NCBI GenBank assembly: GCA_963775425.1
Contig: CAVZJB010000008.1
Location: forward strand, 266,749 to 330,748
DNA from: an uncultured delta proteobacterium
GTDB taxonomy: Bacteria > Myxococcota > UBA727 > VGSZ01
DNA: 64,000 bases
Direction: 5' to 3'
The translations under genes and the position numbers were made by a program. The notes under the pieces are model-generated. The model was not told the DNA's origin, searched no databases, and was given only the letters and a program-made list of their open reading frames with translations. Below, piece by piece: positions 1 to 9,430 of the stretch (the stretch's first letter is position 1; each line of letters opens with the position of its first letter).

Positions 1-852
1 ACGACGATTGCGGCGGCGGCGGCGGCGGCGGCTTGGGCGCCGTCACCTTCATGGCCGCGAGCGCCGTGCGCGCGTCGGCGGCCTCCGCGGAGCTCGGGTG
101 CTCGCGCACGAGCTGTTGGTACAGGCGCGCGGCGGTGTCCGCGTCGCTGAGCTTCTCGTCGGCGATCTGCGCCGCCTGCAACAGCGCGTACGGCGCCTTG
201 GGCGTGTCACCGAACTCGTCGGCCACGCGCTGGTAGCGCCACAGCGCGCCCTGCCACTTCTGGCGCTCGGCGTAGAACTTGGCGGCGTACAGGTCGGTGT
301 CGGCGAGGCGCGCGCGCGCCTCGGTGCGCAGGCGCTTGGCCTCCTTGACGTTTTCGTCGTCGGGGAAGCGGGCGAGGTACTCGTCGAACGCCTTGATGGC
401 GTCGCGCGCGGCCGACTGGTCCTTCTCGACGGCCGTGGGGAACCACCACACGTCCTGGTCGATCTCCTTGGAGTACGCGAGCGCGATGCGGAAGGTGGCG
501 TAGGGCACCTTCTCGTGCCGCGGGTGGAAGCGCACGAAGATGCGGTAGGCGTCGGCGGCCTCGAGCCACTTCTCGCGCGCGAAGTGCGCGTCGGCGGTGC
601 GCAGCTCGGCGAGCACGGCGTACTTGGAGTACGGGTACTTGTTCTTCACGTGGTCGAAGAACTTCACGGCCTCCGGGAAGCGGCCGTCCTTCATGGCCGT
701 CTCGCCCTCTTCGAAATTCTGGCGCGCGGTCTCCTGATAGTCGACCTGTGTGTCCTGGAGGTTGGTCTCGAAGGCCTTGCAGCCCCCGAGGGTCCCGATG
801 AGCACGGCGGCGAAGGCGAAGCGGCGAAGGGCGGTGCGCGAGAGGGCGGTCA
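1..852 (-). CDS. bamD: Outer-membrane protein assembly factor BamD-like TPR lipoprotein (3'-partial, runs off window start)
   Basis: The minus frame is open from 852 to 1 and is not in the track because it lacks a stop in the window. My translation reads VTALSRTALRRFAFAAVLIGTLGGCKAFETNLQDTQVDYQETARQNFEEGETAMKDGRFPEAVKFFDHVKNKYPYSKYA...: a signal peptide plus LGGC lipobox followed by BamD/YfiO-like TPR helices. The GTG start (850-852) overlaps the upstream TGA stop (GTGA). Confidence 0.75.
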
Positions 853-2148
853 CAACTCGAGTCGATAACCGAGGAGCACGCCCGCGGCAATCGGCGCGAA
901 ATTCGCGACCTTGTCGGACAGATCCGCGCACACGTCGACGGGCGCGGCGATGAGGAAGCGGCCGGGGCCCGCGGGGAACGTCGCCTCGGGGGCGACGCGC
1001 AGCGTCCCGCCCACCACGGTCACGGTCTGCAGGATGCCGGCACCGGACACCGTGTGCTGCGTGATGCGTGCGCCCACGCCCACCGCGAGATCGAGCTCGG
1101 CGTCGAGCATGTCGAGGAGGCCGAGGCCGAGGATGCCCTCGAGCCGCACGCGCGTCGACGCCGCGTCCCAGCGGCCGTTGGAGATGTCCTTCACGAACGC
1201 GCCCTGGCCCTCGAAGTCCAGCGCGACGCCGAGCGCGGCGTCCACGGCGCGGGGCCCGAGCATCACGCGCACGCCGCCCGCGGGCACGAGCGTCTCGAGC
1301 CCGTTGACGACGGCCGAGCCGCCCGCGTGCACCTCGGCGTAGACCTTGGGGAACGCGAGCGCGCCGGCGTCGCGCCCCGCGGGGGCGCTCGAACGCTCGC
1401 GCGCAGGCTCCGTCGCCGGCGGCGCCGTCGTCGTCGACGGTGCCGTCGTCGTCGTCGTCGCCGTCGTCGTCGGGGCCGGGGGCGTCGTCGTCGTCGCCGG
1501 CGTCGTCGCGGGGGGCGTCGTCGCGGGCGTCGTCGTCGTCGTCGCGGCCGGGGGGGGCGTCGCGGGTGGCGTCGTCGTCGCGGGTGGCGTCGTCGTCGCG
1601 GGCGGCGTCGTCGCGGGCGTCGCGGTGGCGGTCGTCGAGGCGGGCGGCGTCGAGGCGGGCGGCGTCGAGGCGGGCGGCGTCGCCGGCTCGCTCGCAGCAG
1701 GCGCGGTGTCGCTCAAGGGGACCAGCGGGATGTCGGCGTTGTTGGGGGGCGCGCGCTCGACCCCGATCCGGAGGGCCATGGGCTCGTGGACCTTGATCTG
1801 CACCACCGCGCTCCCCGTCGGCAGCGGCACCCGCTGGTGCTCGGGGTGGGACGCAAAGAGCTTGCCCACGGCGCGCCCGCGGACGGTGGGGGCGGTGATG
1901 GTCAGGGTGCGCGCGTGGCGGTCGATGGTGACGGTCAGGTGCGCGCGCCCCTTGCCCAGGCGAGCGATGCGCACGACGTCGAGGGCGAGCTCGTCGCGCG
2001 GCGCTGCGTCATCGATGACGACGATGATCGGGGTCTCCGGGACGGCCTCGATGAAGCCGGGCTCGAGGGCGAACGCCGGCGGGTTGCCCCGGACGTCGAC
2101 GTGGGCGTCGGCGGCGACGACGAGCGAGAGCGCGAGCCAGGGGAGCAC
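849..2148 (-). CDS. Secreted protein with a Pro/Thr-rich linker and C-terminal putative outer-membrane beta-barrel domain
   Basis: 432-aa ORF. N-terminal signal peptide (MLPWLALSLVVAADA). A long P/T low-complexity linker (PATTPPATTTPP...) follows. The C-terminal ~170 aa show alternating hydrophobic residues and end ...LLGYRLEL, which is beta-barrel-like. The plus-strand overlapping ORFs (1054..2166, 1346..2233) are poly-R/poly-V junk. Translationally coupled to bamD downstream. Confidence 0.6.
1380..1700. repeat. Degenerate short tandem repeat encoding the Pro/Thr-rich linker of the 849..2148 gene
   Basis: Repeated ggcgtcgtcgtcgcgggcggc-type units are visible directly on the plus strand, antisense to the P/T-rich linker codons. 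Confidence 0.7.
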
Positions 2149-2262
2149 TGCGGGAGCCTACCTTGACCCGCGATGTGCGCGCTCCTTTGCGACCGGAGGC
2201 GGCGGCTCAAGCGGGCCTCGTTTTGCTTGGTGACCTCGTGGCGTGGTACCTCAAGCAGACAC

Positions 2263-5200
2263 ATGCAGATCGCCTGTCCGCAGTGCCAAGCCAACTACAA
2301 CGTCGACGAGGCGCGCATCCCGACGCAGGGCGTCCAGATCAAATGCCCTCGCTGCCAGCACACCTTCGTGGTCCCGTCGCCGTCGTCGCCAGGGGCCGTG
2401 CCCCTGCCCGGCCAGGGCGGCGCGGTCCCGCTGCCGGGCCAGGGCGGGGCGGTCCCGCTGCCGGGCCAGGGCGGGGCGGTCCCGCTGCCGGGCCAGGGCG
2501 GGGCGGTCCCGCTGCCGGGCCAGGGGCGCAGCCCCGGGGCGGTGCCGCTGCCGGGCGCCGGCGCGGTCCCGCTCCCCGGCCAGGGCGGCGCGGTCCCGCT
2601 GCCAGGGCAGGGCGGCGCGGTCCCGCTGCCCGGCCAGGGCCGCGGCGCGGTGCCGCTGCCGGGGCAGGGCGGCGCGGTGCCGCTGCCGGGCCAGGGCGCG
2701 GCCCCGCGCGGCTCGCTGCCGTCGATGGAGGAGATCTTCGGCACCAGCTCCCCGAGCATCCCCGCGCCCGCGCCGCCCGCGACGGCGCCGCCGGGGCAGT
2801 CGATGTCCATCGGCGACATCTTCGGCGACGACGGCAACAACCCCGCCGAGGAGAGCAACCGCTCGCCGCACCCGTTCCACGGCAACAACTCCGTGATGGT
2901 CGACGCCGGCCGCGAGGTGCTCGACTTCATCAACGACGCCGGCAGCCCGTCGGCGCCGCCGCGTGAGGAGAGCTTCCAGATCCGCAAGCGCTCGGGCCGC
3001 GTCCTCGGGCCGCTGTCGACGACGGAAGTCCTCACCATGTTCCACAAGGGCGACCTGCTCGGCAGCGAGGAGGCGTCCACCGACGGTGTCACCTGGCGGC
3101 CGCTCGCGCAAATCCCTGCGTTCGCGCAGACCATCCAGCAGGCGATGGCCAACGCGCTCTCCGGCCTCGACGACCTGCCGGTGCCCAAGGGCTCCGGGTT
3201 CGACAACCTGCCCGCCCCCAAGGGCGCGGGCTACGACGACCTGCCCGTCCCGCGCGACAGCAACATGGACCTGCCGGTGCCCAAGGGCCCGGGCGGCGTC
3301 GACGCGCTCGGCGTCGACACGGGCCAGTTGCGTGACGCCGAGAAGGCCAAGGCGCTCGTCGAGCGCAAGCGGCAGCGCAAGGAGCGCACGGCGCTGCGCG
3401 CGGCGTCGGTCGCCGTCATCGTGCTCCTGTTTCTCGCCGCCGGCATCGGCATCAACTTCATCAAGCCCGACGTCGGCTACTTCGGCTACAAGCTCGTCTA
3501 CCACCCGAAGGGCGCCGCGCTGCCGCCGAAGCCCACGGAGCTGGAGCCGCCGCCGCCGCCGGTCGCGCTCCCCGCCGTCGACGTCGACACCGAGGAGCTC
3601 ATCGCGGCGGACACGTACATCGCGTATCGCCAGGGCGCCGAGCAGGCGCAGCGCGCGGTGGAGGCCGGCAAGGCGGTCAAGCCGTTTCCCGACAGCGCCA
3701 AGAAGGCCGCCGCGCAGCACGCGCGCTTCCTCGCGTACCTCGTCCTCGTCGACGACCTGCCCGCCTTCGTGCCCAAGCTGCGCGAGTCGCTGGCCCTCGC
3801 CGACGGCGACGAGGTCGCCAAGGCGGTGGGCACGGCCGCGTCGAGCTACGTCGACAAGCAGTGGGACAAGGGCATCGGCGCGCTGAAGCCGCTCACCGAC
3901 GACAAAAAGAAGCTCACGCCCGAAAGGAGGGCGGAGGTGTGGACGTGGATCGGCATCGGCGACCGCGGCAAGGCCGACCTCGACGCCGCCGTGAGCGACT
4001 TCGACAAGGCGCTGCAGGCCACCACGTCCAAGAAGCTCGCGCTCTACCTGCAGGCGCAGACGCTCGTGGACGCGAGCCAGCCCGCCCCCGCGCTCGAGTA
4101 CGTCGACAAGGTGCTCTCGCTCGACCCGACGCACCCGCGCGCCAACATCTTGAAGGGCACGCTGCTCGCCGACGACTTCAAGACCCTCGATGAGGGAAAG
4201 AAGATCCTCGTGGCCATCACCGAAGGCGACAAGGGCAAGGACGCGTCGCCGCCCGAGCTCGCGCAGGCGTGGATCGGCCGCGCCAACGTCGCCATCGTGG
4301 GGCAGAAGTATCCGGACGCGCTGCGCTACGTGCAGAAGGCCGTCGAGCTCGTGCCGTTGAACCGCACCGTGCGCGTGCGGGCCGCCGAGATGGCGCTGCG
4401 CCTGCGCGACTACAAGGTGGCGCAGGCCAACGGCGAGAAGCTCCTCGAGGCCAACCCCGAGGACATCGACGGCCTCATCATGGTGTCGCGCGCGCGCATG
4501 GGAAACCGCGACGCCCTCGGCGCGTACTCGGACCTCCAGGTCGCGGTGAAGAAGCACCCGAACAACGCGCTGCTCAACTACTGGTTCGGCGTGGCGGCGC
4601 GCGAGATGTCCAAGCTCGACGAGGCCCGCTCGCAGTTCGAGAAGGCCGCCAAGCTCGATCCCAAGCACGCCGACCCCATCATCGACATCGTCTACGACCT
4701 CATCGAGCAGGGGAAGCTCACCGAAGCGGTCAAGCGCGCCGGCGACGCCGAGGACAAGGTGTTCGTCGGCGAGCGCTACAAGGTGCGCGCGGCCAAGGCG
4801 TTTGCGTACGCGCGGCGCCGGCAGTTCGAGCAGGCGGAGAAGGAGTACGTCGCCGTGCTCAAGGAGAGCCCGCGCGACACCGACACGCGGGCGCGCCACG
4901 CCACCATGCTCATCGCCCAGCGCCACCTCGACGACGCCGCGGCCGAGATCAAGAGGGCCGAGGAGCTCGACGCCAAGAACCCCGCCGTCATCGTCGCCGC
5001 CGGCGACCTCCTCGCCGCGCGCGGCGACAACAAGGGCGCGATGACCCGCTACGAAGAGGCCATGCAGCTCGCGCCCAACAACTACATGCCCTACCTGCAT
5101 GCGGCGCGCACGGCGGTGGCGCTCAAGGATCTCGGGCGCGCCAAGGGCTTCGTGGACACCGCGCAGCAGTTGCGCCCGAGCGTCGCCGAGGTGTTGGCCA

Positions 5201-5853
5201 TGCAGGCCATCGTCACCAAGAGCATGGATCCCAAGGCCGCGTCGCGCACGATGGAGCAGGCGATCGATCAGGCCCCCGAGGAGCCCGTCTATCCCTACGA
5301 GCTCGGGCTCATCTTCTCGGGCATGGTGGCGTACCCCGAGGCCATCGACGCCTTCAAGAAGGCCGTCTCCCTCGACCCCGACTACGTCGACGCCTACTAC
5401 CAGCTCGCCAAGGTGCAGCGGGAGCTCAACCGCATCAAGGACGCCAAGCAGTCGTTGGAGAACGCGGTGCGCATCGATCCCAAGCGCACCGACTGCTGGC
5501 TCGAGCTCGCGGCCATCTACCAGCAGCAGGGCGACGAGGCGGGCTCGCTGCGCGCCTACGAGCGCGCCCTCAAGGCGGACCCGAAGAACCCCGCGTCGGT
5601 GTGCCAGATGGGCGAGACGCTCGTCGTCATGTTGGGCAACGACAACAAGCAGCTCAAGCGCGGCATCGACGCGCTCGAGCGCTGCGTGAGGCTCGCGCCC
5701 AAGCACGAGAGCGCGTGGAAGAACCTCGGCAACGCCTACAAGACGCTCGGCAAGAAGAAGGACGCCGTCCGCTGCTACGAGCGCCACCTCGCCGTGAACC
5801 CAGACGACCCGGACAACGGGGACGTGAAGCAGAGCCTGGCCGACATGCGCTGA
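2263..5853 (+). CDS. Large TPR-repeat protein with N-terminal MJ0042-type zinc ribbon, (GAVPLPGQG)n repeat, GYF/DUF4339-like domain and one TM helix
   Basis: ATG at 2263 gives MQIACPQCQANYNVDEARIPTQGVQIKCPRCQHTFVV, a CPxC...CPRC zinc ribbon. About 12 GAVPLPGQG nonapeptide repeats follow. Next comes SFQIRKRSGRVLGPLSTTEVLTMFHKGDLLGSEEASTDGVTWRPL (GYF-like), a TM helix (AASVAVIVLLFLAAGIGINFI) and more than 10 canonical TPR units, e.g. AYYQLAKVQRELNRIKDAKQSLENAVRIDPK. The minus-strand ORF 2251..5787 is its shadow. Confidence 0.85.
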   Translation: MQIACPQCQANYNVDEARIPTQGVQIKCPRCQHTFVVPSPSSPGAVPLPGQGGAVPLPGQGGAVPLPGQGGAVPLPGQGGAVPLPGQGRSPGAVPLPGAGAVPLPGQGGAVPLPGQGGAVPLPGQGRGAVPLPGQGGAVPLPGQGAAPRGSLPSMEEIFGTSSPSIPAPAPPATAPPGQSMSIGDIFGDDGNNPAEESNRSPHPFHGNNSVMVDAGREVLDFINDAGSPSAPPREESFQIRKRSGRVLGPLSTTEVLTMFHKGDLLGSEEASTDGVTWRPLAQIPAFAQTIQQAMANALSGLDDLPVPKGSGFDNLPAPKGAGYDDLPVPRDSNMDLPVPKGPGGVDALGVDTGQLRDAEKAKALVERKRQRKERTALRAASVAVIVLLFLAAGIGINFIKPDVGYFGYKLVYHPKGAALPPKPTELEPPPPPVALPAVDVDTEELIAADTYIAYRQGAEQAQRAVEAGKAVKPFPDSAKKAAAQHARFLAYLVLVDDLPAFVPKLRESLALADGDEVAKAVGTAASSYVDKQWDKGIGALKPLTDDKKKLTPERRAEVWTWIGIGDRGKADLDAAVSDFDKALQATTSKKLALYLQAQTLVDASQPAPALEYVDKVLSLDPTHPRANILKGTLLADDFKTLDEGKKILVAITEGDKGKDASPPELAQAWIGRANVAIVGQKYPDALRYVQKAVELVPLNRTVRVRAAEMALRLRDYKVAQANGEKLLEANPEDIDGLIMVSRARMGNRDALGAYSDLQVAVKKHPNNALLNYWFGVAAREMSKLDEARSQFEKAAKLDPKHADPIIDIVYDLIEQGKLTEAVKRAGDAEDKVFVGERYKVRAAKAFAYARRRQFEQAEKEYVAVLKESPRDTDTRARHATMLIAQRHLDDAAAEIKRAEELDAKNPAVIVAAGDLLAARGDNKGAMTRYEEAMQLAPNNYMPYLHAARTAVALKDLGRAKGFVDTAQQLRPSVAEVLAMQAIVTKSMDPKAASRTMEQAIDQAPEEPVYPYELGLIFSGMVAYPEAIDAFKKAVSLDPDYVDAYYQLAKVQRELNRIKDAKQSLENAVRIDPKRTDCWLELAAIYQQQGDEAGSLRAYERALKADPKNPASVCQMGETLVVMLGNDNKQLKRGIDALERCVRLAPKHESAWKNLGNAYKTLGKKKDAVRCYERHLAVNPDDPDNGDVKQSLADMR
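2392..2700 (+). repeat. 27-bp tandem repeat (about 11-12 copies) encoding GAVPLPGQG units inside the TPR gene
   Basis: Near-identical units ggcggggcggtcccgctgccgggccag are visible in lines 2401-2700. Confidence 0.9.
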
Positions 5854-5857
5854 TTCG

Positions 5858-6622
5858 TCAGCGGGCGCGGCGGGGGCCGAGCCCGAGCACCACGAGGAGC
5901 GCGAGCACCGCGGACGTCGAGGGGACGTGGACGGGGACGTCGCCGGGGCCTTCGCATTCGGCGCCGTCGACGTCGCCTTCGCCCTCGCCCTCGCCCTCGG
6001 CCGGCTCGGCGGCGACGCACACCGGTGTGGCGGCGGAGGCGTTGCCGGCGACGTCGGTGACGGTGACGTCGACGCAGGCCTGGCCGTCGACGACGGGGGC
6101 GTTGGCGCGCAGGGTGTAGCCGTCGACGGTGGCGCCGACGACGGTGCCGTCGGCGAGGGACGCGGTGATCATGCCGACCTGGGTGTCGTCGCTGACCTCG
6201 AGCCCGACGATCATGTCCTCGCCGCCCGCCGGATCGCCGCCGACGGCCACCGCGTGGTGGTCGATGACGACCGGATCTTGCGCCAGCGCGGGCGGCGTGT
6301 GGTCGGGCGGCCCCGCGGTCCACGTCGAGGTGCTCTCGCCGGCCGCCGACGTCACCGTGACGCTGACGGCGGCGCCGGCGGCGGGCGGTGCGGCGAAGGG
6401 GATGACGACGACGCAGCAGCCGACGGCGACGGGGTCGCCGAGTGAGGCGGGGGCGCCGTCGACGGTGGCGGCGGCGCCGATCTGATCGAGCGAGGGCGCA
6501 GGATCGCCGAGCGCGTACAGCGAGGCGTTCTGCGGCGCCGTGGTGCCGTCGCGCGGCCGCAGCTCGCTCGGGAACGGGGGCAGCGGCGGCAGGGCGAGGG
6601 CGAGGAGGGCGAGGGCGAGCAT
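5858..6622 (-). CDS. Secreted Ig-like protein with (GE)n stretch and MYXO-CTERM-like C-terminal sorting signal
   Basis: N-terminal signal peptide MLALALLALALPPLPP. The C-terminus ...GAECEGPGDVPVHVPSTSAVLALLVVLGLGPRRAR* has a Cys-containing motif, a hydrophobic helix and an Arg-rich tail, as in MYXO-CTERM. Overlapping ORFs 5775..6644- and 5927..6445+ are R/G-rich junk. Confidence 0.65.
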   Translation of the reverse strand: MLALALLALALPPLPPFPSELRPRDGTTAPQNASLYALGDPAPSLDQIGAAATVDGAPASLGDPVAVGCCVVVIPFAAPPAAGAAVSVTVTSAAGESTSTWTAGPPDHTPPALAQDPVVIDHHAVAVGGDPAGGEDMIVGLEVSDDTQVGMITASLADGTVVGATVDGYTLRANAPVVDGQACVDVTVTDVAGNASAATPVCVAAEPAEGEGEGEGDVDGAECEGPGDVPVHVPSTSAVLALLVVLGLGPRRAR

Positions 6623-6688
6623 GGCGAGAAGGGTAGCGGGTCACAGCGCGCTTGCACGCGGGTTGCGCGCGCGCCCTCGGGCGGCATC

Positions 6689-7393
6689 ATGCGCGGGATG
6701 CCCACCCGTGCCCCCTCGCTCGTCGCCCTCGCCGCCCTCATCGCGCCGCTCGCGTGCGTCGCCGTCGCCGCTTGCGACGGCACGCCCGGCGAAGGCGAAG
6801 GAGAGGGAGAAGGAGAAGGCGAAGGAGAGGGAGAAGGCGAAGGCGAAGGAGAGGGAGAGGGCGAGCTCGGCTTCCCGCTGCGCACCCCGGGGACCGTGAC
6901 CCTGCCCTGCGACCCCGGCGGCCTCCTCTGCGACGCCGACGGCACCGCCGAGGTCCCGCAGATCGACGTCGTGTGCACCTTCCGCCAGGGCAAGGACGCG
7001 GTGGTCTACGTGCAGGCGAACCCGACCTCGACGAGCCCGTTCGGCTTCGGCGTCTACGAGGACGTCGCCGGCTTCCTCCACGACAACGCCGACGACAGCA
7101 CCGTCGACGTCCCCGCCGCCTACGACTACGGCAGCAACCACCACAACGACGTCTTCGACGTCACCATCGACGGCGACGTCTACCGCTACAACCACTCGAG
7201 CTTCGGCTTCGGCTTTCGCGCGTGCCAGGCGCCGGACTGCATCCAGAAGCTCGACGCCGGCGGCGCCGTCGTCGACGACGGCTGCACCGCCGACCGCACC
7301 ATCCCCGAGGCCTGCGCCTACGTCACCGACGGCACGCTCCCGCCGCTCGAGGACACGTTCGCGAAGTGCGCCGGCGATCCGAACGGTCCGTGA
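6689..7393 (+). CDS. Lipoprotein with (GE)14 low-complexity repeat
   Basis: Signal peptide plus lipobox (LVALAALIAPLACVAVAACDG). (GE)14 follows, then a Cys-containing domain with plausible composition. Divergent from the 5858..6622 gene. Confidence 0.7.
   Translation: MRGMPTRAPSLVALAALIAPLACVAVAACDGTPGEGEGEGEGEGEGEGEGEGEGEGEGELGFPLRTPGTVTLPCDPGGLLCDADGTAEVPQIDVVCTFRQGKDAVVYVQANPTSTSPFGFGVYEDVAGFLHDNADDSTVDVPAAYDYGSNHHNDVFDVTIDGDVYRYNHSSFGFGFRACQAPDCIQKLDAGGAVVDDGCTADRTIPEACAYVTDGTLPPLEDTFAKCAGDPNGP
6788..6865 (+). repeat. Hexanucleotide (ggcgaa/ggagag) tandem repeat encoding (Gly-Glu)14
   Basis: Seen directly in the sequence at 6788-6865. Confidence 0.9.
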
Positions 7394-7395
7394 CC

Positions 7396-8046
7396 ATGCG
7401 CGCCCTCGCCGCAGAGCTCGTCGTCGTCGTCGTCGTCGTCGTCCTCGCCCCCTCCCTCGCCTGCGTCCCCTCGCCCGCCCCCGCGGGCGCAGACGCCGGC
7501 CCCGTCGACGACGCCGGCCCCGACGCGCTGCAATACCTCCCGGCCATCGAGGACGCCTCCGACCTCGACGCGCTGCGCGGCGAGCAGGGCGACACCAAGT
7601 TCCTCGCGCAGGTCGAGGGCGCGCCCGTCACCGCGCCCATCGCCGACGCCTGCGAGTTCCAGAACACGGCGCTGTACCCGTTCCACCTGCCGTTCTTGAA
7701 CGCGCAGCCGGGCGGCGAGGACATCAGCTTCGACGAGTACGTCGCGCGCGTCATCAAGCGCGACACGCGCGTGTGGTGGGGCGGCGAGGTCGTGTTGCTG
7801 CCGTCGACGCCGCACCCGCTCACGGGGGAGCCCGGCGTCCTCGCGTGGTCGCTGTACACCGAGGACAGCGCGGGCAACCGCCTCACCCTCGACGACGTCC
7901 GCGCCGGCGACGCCCGCCTCCTGCCGTGCATGCCCGGCTTTGCGGGGCAGCTCGCGTTCTCTCCGTCGGACAACGAGCAGCTCCAGACGGTCCGCGACGG
8001 CCAGGCCGCGCTCGCCGCCGACGGGATCGCCGTCCTGCTGCCGTAA
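7396..8046 (+). CDS. Hypothetical lipoprotein
   Basis: ATG at 7396, 2 nt after the previous stop. MRALAAELVVVVVVVVLAPSLACVPS is a signal peptide with a lipobox. The remaining ~190 aa have normal composition. The upstream part of track ORF 6652..8046 is R-rich junk. Confidence 0.65.
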   Translation: MRALAAELVVVVVVVVLAPSLACVPSPAPAGADAGPVDDAGPDALQYLPAIEDASDLDALRGEQGDTKFLAQVEGAPVTAPIADACEFQNTALYPFHLPFLNAQPGGEDISFDEYVARVIKRDTRVWWGGEVVLLPSTPHPLTGEPGVLAWSLYTEDSAGNRLTLDDVRAGDARLLPCMPGFAGQLAFSPSDNEQLQTVRDGQAALAADGIAVLLP

Positions 8047-8070
8047 CGAGCAGTCGAGCCAACGAGGGAG

Positions 8071-9270
8071 TCATGCGTCGTACACGCGGCCGCGCCAGGC
8101 GATGCGGCGGCGCAGGCTCGCGCGCACGAGGACGACGGCGACGCCGGCGTACACCACGGGCAACACGAGCGCGGGCCACACGGGCGCGCCGGCGGTCCTG
8201 CGCACGAGCGCCTGCAGCCCCATGGTGACGACGGCGACGACGCAGGCGGCGAGCGCGAGCGGATCGGGGCTCGCCACGGCGATGCCCGCGACGAGCCACG
8301 GCACGAGGGAGGTGGCGAAGGCGAAGACGCCGACGACGCCGGCGGTCCGCCCGAGCAGCGCCGTGGCGTTCTTGCCGAAGCCGTCCGACAGCTCGGCGAA
8401 CGAGGCGTACATCCTCGTCGACGCCCACGGGCGCAGGTCGGCGAGGCGGACGCGCTTGCCGCGCGACTTGAGCGCGCGCGCGAGGGCGACGTCCTCGAGG
8501 ACGGTGCCGGACACCGCCGCCCAGCCGCCGGCGTCGTCGAGGGCGGCGGTTTTCACGAGGACGAGCTGGCCGTTCAGGAACGCGGTGGGGTCGACGTCGT
8601 CGTGGACGCGGCTCGGCGCGAAGCGCCCGGTGACCACGGAGATCAGCGCCGGCACGAACATCTGCTCGACGGCGCTCTCGCAGACGATGCGCGGCACGCC
8701 CGAGAGCGCGTCGGCGCCGCTTCGGTCCATCGCGCCGTTGAGCGCGGCGAGGGCGCCGGGCGCGAGCACGACGTCGGCGTCGAGGAAGAGCACGCGCTCC
8801 GGAAGCGTGCCGCCCTCGGCGGCGGCGCGGGCGCGGGCGTCGTCGACGGCGGCCTGCAGCGCGCGCGGCTTGCCGAACACCCCCGGGGGCGGCTCGTCCT
8901 CGAGGCGCAGCAGCCGCAGGCGTCCGGCGGCCTGGGCGGCGAGGGCCTCGACGACGGCGGCGGTGTCGTCGGTGGAGCGATCGTCGACGACGACGATCGC
9001 GGCGGGCGCGCTGTCGTCGGCGAGCAAAGCGCGGAGCGTGGGCCCGATGCGCGCGCCCTCGTTGCGCGCGGGGACGACGACGAGCAATCCCTCGGCTGCG
9101 CCGCCGGCTCGCTCGGCGAGCGGAGGGAGCTGCCGCGCGGGGGCGACCGGCGTCACAGGGCTCCCGGGGGCCACGCGCCACAACGCCGCGAGCTCCCGGC
9201 GGGCGACGACGAGCGCGCTGGCGACGAACGCCAGCGACAGCGCGGCGAGGGCGAGGGCGACGGCGCTCAC
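8071..9270 (-). CDS. Family 2 glycosyltransferase (membrane-anchored, GT-A fold)
   Basis: N-terminal TM helix. LVVVPARNEGARIGPTLRAL...VVVDDRSTDDTA and ...FLDADVVLAP are GT2 DxD-type motifs. C-terminal TM helices. The plus-strand ORF 7940..9283 is its shadow. Confidence 0.8.
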   Translation of the reverse strand: MSAVALALAALSLAFVASALVVARRELAALWRVAPGSPVTPVAPARQLPPLAERAGGAAEGLLVVVPARNEGARIGPTLRALLADDSAPAAIVVVDDRSTDDTAAVVEALAAQAAGRLRLLRLEDEPPPGVFGKPRALQAAVDDARARAAAEGGTLPERVLFLDADVVLAPGALAALNGAMDRSGADALSGVPRIVCESAVEQMFVPALISVVTGRFAPSRVHDDVDPTAFLNGQLVLVKTAALDDAGGWAAVSGTVLEDVALARALKSRGKRVRLADLRPWASTRMYASFAELSDGFGKNATALLGRTAGVVGVFAFATSLVPWLVAGIAVASPDPLALAACVVAVVTMGLQALVRRTAGAPVWPALVLPVVYAGVAVVLVRASLRRRIAWRGRVYDA

Positions 9271-9430
9271 CCGGGCAGGCTAGCGCGCGCGCCCGCGCTC
9301 GGGCGCCCGCCCGGCGGGGGACGAGCTGATCGGCGCGGCCGCTCCCTCCGGTCGCTGATCGCAGGCACGCGTGAGGACGGCGCCAAAAGCGCGCTTTCTC
9401 GACCCAGACGCCGGTGCTAATGCCGTCGTC

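Noticed and set aside
2251-5787. 1178-aa minus-strand ORF antisense to the TPR gene
   Set aside because: The translation is Arg/Leu/Gly-rich junk with no motifs, while the plus frame has a zinc ribbon, TPR units and a TM helix. It is the typical shadow ORF of a high-GC genome.
6352-6993. Minus ORF with (SP)20 repeat
   Set aside because: It is the antisense reading of the (GE)14 hexanucleotide repeat and of the neighbouring real genes. No signal peptide or domain.
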